Positions 12,001 to 20,318 of a stretch of DNA of 29,409 nt are shown piece by piece; the first letter of the stretch is position 1, and the number at the start of each line of letters is the position of its first letter. This stretch comes from Squalus acanthias (Eukaryota): positions 496,001-525,409 of the forward strand of contig JASTWF010000337.1 of the NCBI GenBank assembly GCA_030390025.1, in the 5' to 3' direction. The translations under genes were made by a program, and so were the position numbers. The notes beneath the pieces were generated by a model, which was not told the DNA's origin, ran no database searches, and saw only the letters and a program-made list of their open reading frames with translations.

Positions 12001-15000
12001 ACTGTGTGGGGTTCAGTGCAGTGTATGGTGTCTGGGTACTGTGCCCACTGTGTGGGGTTCAGTGCAATGTATGGTGTCGGGGTACAGTGCTCACTGTGTG
12101 GGGTTCAGTGCAGTGTATGGAGTCTGGGTACAGTGCCCACTGTGTGGGGTTCAGTGCAGTGTATGGAGTCTGGCTATAGTGCCCACTGTGTGGGGTACAG
12201 TGCAGTGTATGGAGTCTGGGTACAGTGCTCACTGTGTGGGGTTCAGTGCAGTGTATGGAGTCTGGGTACAGTGCGCACTGTGTGGGGTTCAGTGCAGTGT
12301 ATGGTGTCGGGGTACAGTGCCCACTGTGTGGGGTTCAGTGCTGTGTATGGAGTCTGGGTGCAGTGCTCACTGTGTGGGGTTCAGTGCAGTGTATGGAGTC
12401 TGGGTACAGTGCTCACTCTGTGGGGTTCAGTGCAGTGTATGGTGTCGGGGTACAGTGCCCACTGTGTGGGGTTCAGTGCAGTGTATGCAGTCTGGGTACT
12501 GTGCTCACTGTGTGGGGTTCAGTGCAGTGTATGGTGTCGGGGTTCAGTGCAGTGTATGGTGTCGGGGTACAGTGCCCACTGTGTGGGGTTCAGTGCAGTG
12601 TATGGAGTCTGGGTACAGTGCTCACTCTGTGGGGTTCAGTGCAGTGTATGGTGTCGGGGTACAGTGCCCACTGTGTGGGGTACAGTGCAGTGTATAGTGT
12701 CTGGGTACTGTGCTCACTGTGTGGGGTTCAGTGCAGTGTATGGTGTCGGGGTTCAGTGCAGTGTATGGTGTCGGGGTACAGTGCCCACTGTGTGGGGTTC
12801 AGTGCAGTGTATGGAGTCTGGGTGCAGTGCTCACTGTGTGGGGTACAGTGCTGTGTATGGAGTCTGCTACAGTGCCCACTGTGTGGGGTACAGTGCAGTG
12901 TATAGTGTCTGGGTACTGTGCTCACTGTGTGGGGTTCAGTGCAGTGTGTGGTGTCGGGGTTCAGTGCAGTGTATGGAGTCGGGGTACAGTGCTCACTGTG
13001 TGGGGTTCAGTGCAGTGTATGGAGTCTGGGTTCAGTGCTCACTGTGTGGGGTTCAGTGCAGTGTATGGTGTCGGGGTACAGTGCTCACTGTGTGGGGTTC
13101 AGTGCAGTGTATGGTGTCGGGGTACAGTTCACTGTGTGGGGTTCAGTGCAGTGTATGGAGTCTGGGTACATGGGCCCACTGTGTGGGGTACAGTGCAGTG
13201 TATGGTGTCGGGGTTCAGTGTAGTGTATGGAGTCTGGGTACAGTGCTCACTGTGTGGGGTACAGTGCAGTGTATGGAGTCTGGGTTCAGTGCAGTGTATG
13301 GAGTCTGGGTTTAGTGCAGTGTATGGAGTCTGGGTACAGTGCTCAATGTGTGGGGTTCAGTGCAGTGTATGGAGTCTGGGTACAGTGCAGTGTGTGGAGT
13401 CTGGGTTCAGTGCAGTTTTTGGTGTCTGGGTACTGTGCAGTGTATGGAGTCTGGGTACAGTGCCCACTGTGTGGGGTTCAGTGCAGTGTATGGAGTCTGG
13501 GTACAGTGCTCACTGTGTGGGGTTCAGTGCAGTGTATGGAGTCTGGGTTCAGTGCTCACTGTGTGGGGTTCAGTGCAGTGTATGGAGTCTGGGTACAGCG
13601 CTCACTGTGTGGGGTTCAGTGCAGTGTATGGAGTCTGGGTTCAGTGCTCACTGTGTGGGGTTCAGTGCAGTGTATGGAGTCTGGGTTCAGTGCTCACTGT
13701 GTGGGGTTCAGTGCAGTGTATGGAGTCGGGGTACAGTGCTCACTGTGTGGGGTTCAGTGCAGTGTATGGTGTCGGGGTTCAGTGCAGTGTATGGAGTCTG
13801 GGTTCAGTGCAGTGTATGGTGTTGGGGTACAGTGCAGTGTATGGTGTCGGGGTACAGTGTCCACTGTGTGGGGTTCAGTGCAGTGTATGGAGTCTGGGTA
13901 CAGTGCTCACTGTGTGGGGTTCAGTGCAGTGTCTGGAGTCTGGGTACAGTGCAGTGTATGGTGTCGGGGTTCAGTGCAGTGTATGGAGTCTGGGTACAGT
14001 GCAGTGCAGTGTATGGAGTCTGGGTTCAGTGCAGTGTATGGAGTCGGGGTTCAGTGCAGTGTATGGTGTCGGGGTTCAGTGCAATGTATGGAGTCTGGGT
14101 TCAGTGCTCACTGTGTGGGGTTCAGTGCAGTGTATGGAGTCTGGGTGCAGTGCTCACTGTGTGGGGTTCAGTGCAGTGTATGGAGTCTGGGTACAGTGCT
14201 CACTGTGTGGGGTTCAGTGCAGTGTATGGAGTCTGGGTACAGTGCTCACTCTGTGGGGTTCAGTGCAGTGTATGGAGTCTGGGTACAATGCTCACTGTGT
14301 GGGGTTCAGTGCAGTGTATGGAGTCTGGCTACAGTGCTCACTGTGTGGGGTTCAGTGCAGTGTATGGTGTCGGGGTTCAGTGCTCACTGTGTGGGGTTCA
14401 GTGCAGTGTATGGAGTCTGGGTACAGTGCCCAGTGTGTGGAGTTCAGTGTAGTGTATGGAGTCTGGGTACAGTGCTCACTGTGTGGGGTTCAGTGTAGTG
14501 TATGGAGTCTGGGTACAGTGCTCACTGTGTGGGGTTCAGTGCAGTGTATGGTGTCGGGGTTCAGTGCTCACTGTGTGGGGTTCAGTGCAGTGTATGGAGT
14601 CTGGGTACAGTGCTCACTGTCTGGGGTTCAGTGCAGTGTATGGAGTCTGGGTACAGTGCTCACTGTGTGGGGTTCAGTGCATTGTGTGGTGTCGGGGTAC
14701 AGTGCTCACGGTCTGGGGTTCAGTGCAGTGTATGGAGTCTGGGTACAGTGCCCACAGTGTGGGGTTCAGTGCAGTATATGGTGTCGGGGTTCAGTGCTCA
14801 CTGTGTGGGGTTCAGTGCAGTGTGTGGTGTCTGGGTACAGTGCTCACTGTCTGGGGTTCAGTGCAGTGTGTGGTGTCGGGGTTCAGTGCTCACTGTGTGG
14901 GGTTCAGTGCAGTGTGTGGTGTTGGGGTACAGTGCTCACTGTGTGGGGTTCAGTGCAGTGTATGGTGTCGGGGTTCAGTGCTCACTGTCTGGGGTTCAGT

Positions 15001-15068
15001 GCAGTGTATGGAGTCTGGGTACAGTGCTCACTGTCTGGGGTTCAGTGCAGTGTATGGAGTCTGGGTAC
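1..15068. repeat. Intronic compound satellite/minisatellite with two related monomers, A (25 bp, cagtgcagtgtatggWgtcKgggtW) and B (21 bp, cagtgcYcactgtgtggggtW), mostly as AB 46-mers with runs of A; extends beyond the window start
   Basis: Read directly from the sequence. The array ends at ...gagtctgggtac (15068), 35 bp from the SGSM3 exon donor. Rare variants recur at multi-kb spacing. Confidence 0.98.
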
Positions 15069-15103
15069 ATTACCTGTCTGACTCAGCAGTACCTCACACC
15101 TAC

Positions 15104-15259
15104 CGTGATGATGTCATTTTTACGGAATCCAAGCTCATCGTCATCATGACGTTCGAAATCTAACAGCGCCTTGGCTCTGCGCCTTCGATTACGCGACACG
15201 GCAACGTAGTTCTCATGGTCCTTCTGGTGGCTCTCCATGGAGTAGTCTGGGGTCAGCTC
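15104..15259 (-). CDS. SGSM3: SGSM3 (small G protein signaling modulator 3) coding exon, 156 nt, phase 0/0, including the start of the SH3 domain
   Basis: Manual translation of the minus strand gives [52 protein letters not shown], which matches the vertebrate SGSM3 segment as I recall it. [16 protein letters not shown] is the SH3 signature. Acceptor is gacag|GAG and donor is ACG|gtaggt. The supplied ORF track does not show this exon. Confidence 0.96.
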
Positions 15260-15659
15260 CTGTCAAGGGAGAGACGGTTCACTCGCTTGCTTAGTACATT
15301 CCACAAACACAGCGGGTCAGGCATGGTATGGTGACAGGTGCGTCTCGAGAGACAGAAGGGATTTAGGGATATGAGGAATCTCTGGGTAGGTGGGTGTGAT
15401 CTAAACCTTGCGCAGCTTAAGATAAAGGTCACCTTCACCTGGAACTTAACAGTAAAATATAGAATAATTTTTAAATATTACACAATCTATAGGCTACTAA
15501 ACAAAAGAAGAAGAAATGTGTCATTGGGCATAAACAACTCTGTCCCTTTTCCAGAAATCAACTGCACCTACCCACTATATCCCGTCACCCCACCTACCCA
15601 ATATAGTCGTTAACCCCACGTATCCACACTTCGATCTCACCATTCAACATTGCCCTTCA

Positions 15660-18248
15660 ATCCCACCCAGTCCCTCAACCCCGCCCGCCCCGTCCCTCAA
15701 CCCCGCACGCCCCGTCCCTCAACCCCGCCCGCCCAGCCACTCCCTCAACCCCACCCGCCCCGTCCCTCAACCCCGCCCGCCCAGCCACTCCCTCAACCCC
15801 GCTCGCCCCGTCCCTCAACCCCGCCCGTCCCGTCCCTCAACCCCACACACTCACCCAGTCCCTCAACCCCGCCCGCCCCGTCCCTCAACCGCGCCCGCCC
15901 CGTCCCTCAACCCCGCCCGCCCCGTCCCTCAACCCCGCCCGCCCCGTCCCTCAACCCCGCCCGCCCCGTCCCTCAACCCCGCCCAGCCACTCCCTCAACC
16001 CCGCCCAGCCACTCCCTCAACCCCGCCCAGCCCCGTCCCTCAACCCCGCCCGCCCCGTCCCTCAACCCCACACCCACCCAGTCCCTCAACCCCACACACC
16101 CACCCAAACCCTCAACCCCACACACCCACCCAATCCCTCAACCCCACACACCCACCCAATCCCTCAACCCCACACACCCACCCAATCCCTCAACCCCACA
16201 CACCCACCCAATCCCTCAACCCCACACACCCACCCAATCCCTCAACCCCACACCCACCCAATCCCTCAACCCCACACACCCACCCAATCCCTCAACCCCA
16301 CACACCCACCCAATCCCTCAACCCCACACACCCACCCAATCCCTCAACCCCACACACCCACCCAATCCCTCAACCCCACACACCCACCCAATCCCTCAAC
16401 CCCACACACCCACCCAATCCCTCAACCCCACACACCCACCCAATCCCTCAACCCCCCACACCCACCCAATCCCTCAACCCCCCACACCCACCCAATCCCT
16501 CAACCCCCACACACCCACCCAATCCCTCAACCCCCCACACCCACCCAATCCCTCAACCCCCCACACCCACCCAATCCCTCAACCCCCCACACCCACCCAA
16601 TCCTCAACCCCCCACACCCACCCAATCCCTCAACCCCCCACACCCACCCAATCCCTCAACCCCCCACACCCACCCAATCCCTCAACCCCACACACCCACC
16701 CAATCCCTCAACCCCACACACCCACCCAATCCCTCAACCCCACACACCCACCCAATCCCTCAACCCCACCTCGCCCAATCCCTCAACCCCACCTCGCCCA
16801 ATCCCTCAACCCCCCACACCTCGCCCAATCCCTCAACCCCACACCCACCCAATCCCTCAACCCCACACACCCACCCAATCCCTCAACCCCCCACACCCAC
16901 CCAATCCCACAACCCCACACACCCACCCAATCCCTCAACCCCACACCCACCCAATCCCTCAACCCCCCACACCCACCCAATCCCTCAACACCCCACACCC
17001 ACCCAATCCCTCAACCCCACACCCACCCAATCCCTCAACCCCACACACCCACCCAATCCCTCAACCCCACACACCCACCCAATCCCTCAACCCCACACAC
17101 CCACCCAATCCCTCAACCCCACACCCGCCCAATCCCTCAACCCCCCACACCCGCCCAATCCCTCAACCCCACACCCACCCAATCCCTCAACCCCACACAC
17201 CCACCCAATCCCTCAACCCCCCACACCCACCCAATCCCTCAAACCCCACACCCACCCAATCCTTCAACCCCACACCCACCCAATCCCTCAACCCCACACC
17301 CACCCAATCCCTCAACCCCACACACCCACCCAATCACTCAACCCCACACACCCACCCAATCCCTCAACCCCACACACCCACCCAATCCCTCAACCCCACA
17401 CACCCACCCAATCCCTCAACCCCACACACCCACCCAATCCCTCAACCCCACACACCCACCCAATCCCTCAACCCCACACACCCACCCAATCCCTCAACCC
17501 CACACCCGCCCAATCCCTCAACCCCCCACACCCGCCCAATCCCTCAACCCCACACCCACCCAATCCCTCAACCCCACACCCACCCAATCCCTCAACCCCA
17601 CACCCACCCAATCCCTCAACCCCACACACCCACCCAATCTCTCAACCCCACACACCCACCCAATCCCTCAACCCCACACCCGCCCAATCCCTCAACCCCC
17701 CACACCCCCCCAATCCCTCAACCCCACACCCACCCAATCCCTCAACCCCACACCCACCCAATCCCTCAACCCCACACCCACCCAATCCCTCAACCCCACA
17801 CACCCACCCAATCCCTCAACCCCACACACCCACCCAATCCCTCAACCCCACACCCACCCAATCCCTCAACCCCACACCCACCCAATCCCTCAACCCCACA
17901 CCCACCCAATCCCACAACCCCACACCCACCCAATCCCTCAACCCCACACCCACCCAATCCCTCAACCCCACACACCCACCCAATCCCTCAACCCCACACA
18001 CCCACCCAATCCCTCAACCCCACACCCACCCAATCCCTCAACCCCACACCCACCCAATCCCTCAACCCCACACCCACCCAATCCCACAACCCCACACCCA
18101 CCCAATCCCACAACCCCACACACCCAATCCCTCAACCCCACCCACCCACCCAATCCCTCAACCCCACCCACCCACCCAATCCCTCAACCCCACACACCCC
18201 CCAATCCCTCAACCCCATACACCCAGCCAATCCCTCAATCCCACCCAC
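15660..18248. repeat. C-rich minisatellite: 22-26 bp CpG-containing units at left (ccctcaaccccgcccgccccgt), grading into 24/26 bp units (ccctcaacccca(ca)cacccacccaat)
   Basis: Tandem structure seen directly. The 915 aa Pro/Thr/His ORF is its translation. Confidence 0.97.
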
Positions 18249-18249
18249 A

Positions 18250-18500
18250 TCATTCAACTTCACATGGCTACCTTGTCTTCATATCCTCCAATCCCTTCTC
18301 TCCAAAAACACATCTAATTGTCTCTTCACCATGTATATACTCTCTGCTTCAATGTTCTCTGCTAATTTATTCCACAACTTCATTACACTTTGGGTGAAAA
18401 GGTACCCCCGATTTCCCTTCTTACTCCTAATATTTCAATTGTAACATCAGTCCCTGCTTTGTGCACCTTCATCACAATGAATAATGACCTGGAACAGTTC
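18250..18500 (-). mobile_element. Old, degraded CR1 LINE 3' fragment (ORF2 C-terminus)
   Basis: The minus strand reads ..LFTQSVMKLWNKLAENIEAESIYMVKRQLDVFL..GYEDK.., resembling the CR1 ORF2 end FTQRVVNLWNSLPQRAVEAQSLSIFKTEIDRFL..GYGD seen in the younger copies in this window. Confidence 0.7.
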
Positions 18501-18521
18501 CCATTTCACCAACTTCCCTTC

Positions 18522-18631
18522 CAAGAACCACAGAAGGAGGCCATTCATCCCACCTTGTCTGCGCCAGCCCATCGCCAGAGCAATCAGAACTAGCCTTCCG
18601 CTGCTGCAAATGCCTAACCACTTCTCCCCTT
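18522..18631 (-). mobile_element. 3' end/3' UTR of an old CR1 LINE; the body continues at 22443-22930
   Basis: The minus strand reads (ttc)aaggggagaagtggttaggcatttg (FKG..RHL-like), then gctggcgcagacaaggtgggatgaatggcctccttctgtg. This resembles the CR1 terminal motif gggccgaatggcct..ttctgtgctgt, also seen at ~26940-26970. Confidence 0.7.
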
Positions 18632-18807
18632 GAAATATGCACTGGTCTCCAGCTCACTCACTGTGTGGAAATATGCACTGGTCTCCAGCTCACTCACTCA
18701 CTGTGTGTGGAAATATGCACTGGTCTCCAGCTCACTCACTGTGTGTGGAAATATGCACTGGTCTCCAGCTCGCTCACTCACTGTGTGGAAATATGCACTG
18801 GTCTCCA
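18632..18807. repeat. Left part (4 full units + 1 partial) of the gaaatatgcactggtctccagct(cact)2-3(gt)2-3g minisatellite
   Basis: Same unit as 20317-22442; broken off at ..ggtctcca by the CR1 insertion. Confidence 0.97.
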
Positions 18808-20318
18808 ATTTTGGAGTTCATTATTAAGGAAACAGTAACAGGACATTTGGATAATCATAATTTAATAGGACAAAGTCAGCATGGTTTTACGAAGGGGAAG
18901 TCATGTTTGACAAATTTGCTGGAGTTCTTTGAGGAAGTAACATATAGAGTGGATAAAGGGGAACCAGTAGACGTAGTGTATTTAGACTTCCAAAAGGCAT
19001 TTGACAAGGTGCCACACAAAAGATTATTGCTTAAGGTAAAAAATCACGGGATTGGGGGTAATATTCTGGCATGGATAGAGGATTGGCTATCTAACAGAAA
19101 GCAAAGAGTTGGGATAAATGGTTCATTCTCAGACTGGCAATCAGTAACTAGTGGTGTTCCACAGGGGTCAGTGCTGGGTCCCCAACTCTTTACAATCTAT
19201 ATTAACGATTTGGAGGAAGGGACCAAGTGTAACATATCAAAATTTGCAGATGATACTAAGATGGGAGGGAAAGTAGTGAGTGAGGAGGACATAAAAAACC
19301 TGCAAGGGGACATAGACAGGCTAAGTAAGTGGGCAGAGATTTGGCAGATGGAATACAACACTGGAAAGTGTGAGGTGATGCATTTTGGCAGGAAAAATCC
19401 TAGAGCAATTTATTATCTTAATGGCAAGAAACTGGAGAGTACTGAAGTGCAAAGGATCTGGGGGTCCTGGTGCACGAAACTCAAAAGGTTAGTATGCAGG
19501 TGCAGCAAGTGATTAAGAAGGCAAATGGAATGTTGGCTTTCATTGCTAGGGGGATAGAATATAAAAATAGGGAGGTATTGCTTCAGTTGTACAAGGTATT
19601 GGTGAGACCGCACCTGGAATACTGCATACAGTTTTGGTGTCCTTACTTAAGGAAAGACATCCTTGCTCTCGAGGCAGTGCAAAAAAGGTTCACTCGGTTA
19701 ATCCCGGGGATGAGGGGGTGGTCATATGAGGAGAGGTTGTGTAGATTGGGACTCTACTCATTGGAGTTCAGAAGAATGAGAGGCGATCTTATTGAAACAT
19801 ATAAGATTGTGAAGGGGTTGGATCGGGTGGATGCGGGGAGGATGTTCCCTATGACGGGTGAGACTAGAACTAGGGGACATAGTCTTAGAATAAGGGGCTG
19901 CTCTTTCAAAACTGAGATGAGGAGGAACTACTTCACTCAGAGGGTGGTAGGTCCATGGAATATGCTGCCACAAAAAGCTGTAGAAGCTACATCATTAAAT
20001 AAATTTAAAACAGAAATAGACAGTTTCCTAGAAGTAAAGGGCATTAAGGGTTACGGGGAGCGGGCAGGAATTTGGACATGAGTCTAGGTTCGGATCGGTC
20101 ATGGCCCTGTGGGTAGTGGAGCGGGCCCAGGGACCGTGTAGCCTGATTCTGCTCCTATTTCGTGTGTGCCATTCTGTTAGATGCAGGAGATGGTTCTGTG
20201 ATAGTAGATAGTAGATTGGCGGTTAGGATCAGATCAGCCATGATCTTATTGAATGGCGGAGCAGGCTCGAGGGGCCGATTGGCCTACTCCTGCTCCTATT
20301 TCTTATGTTCTTATGTTC
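18808..20318 (+). mobile_element. 5'-truncated, relatively young CR1 LINE (RT domain to 3' tail) inserted in the minisatellite
   Basis: RT motifs QHGFTKGKSCLTNL, YLDFQKAFDKVPH, GVPQGSVLGP and KFADDTK. One 1-bp deletion near 19455 (VQR-DLG) separates ORF 18637-19512 from ORF 19470-20081. Stop at 20081; tail ctcctatttcttatgttcttatgttc. Confidence 0.96.

Noticed and set aside
7..15163. Very long Cys/Val/Gly/Trp-rich ORFs (up to 1459 aa) in all three + frames
   Set aside because: The 25 and 21 bp monomers lack stop codons in any + frame and are not multiples of 3, so the same peptides rotate among frames. They are antisense to SGSM3 and show no sign of coding constraint.
15660..18248. Interstitial telomeric repeat (ttgaggg)
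   Set aside because: There is only one telomere-like heptamer per 22-26 bp unit and no (TTAGGG)n run.
15650..18397. 915 aa Pro/Thr/His extensin- or mucin-like ORF
   Set aside because: It is the translation of the C-rich tandem array, starts at a non-ATG codon and shifts pattern with unit length.
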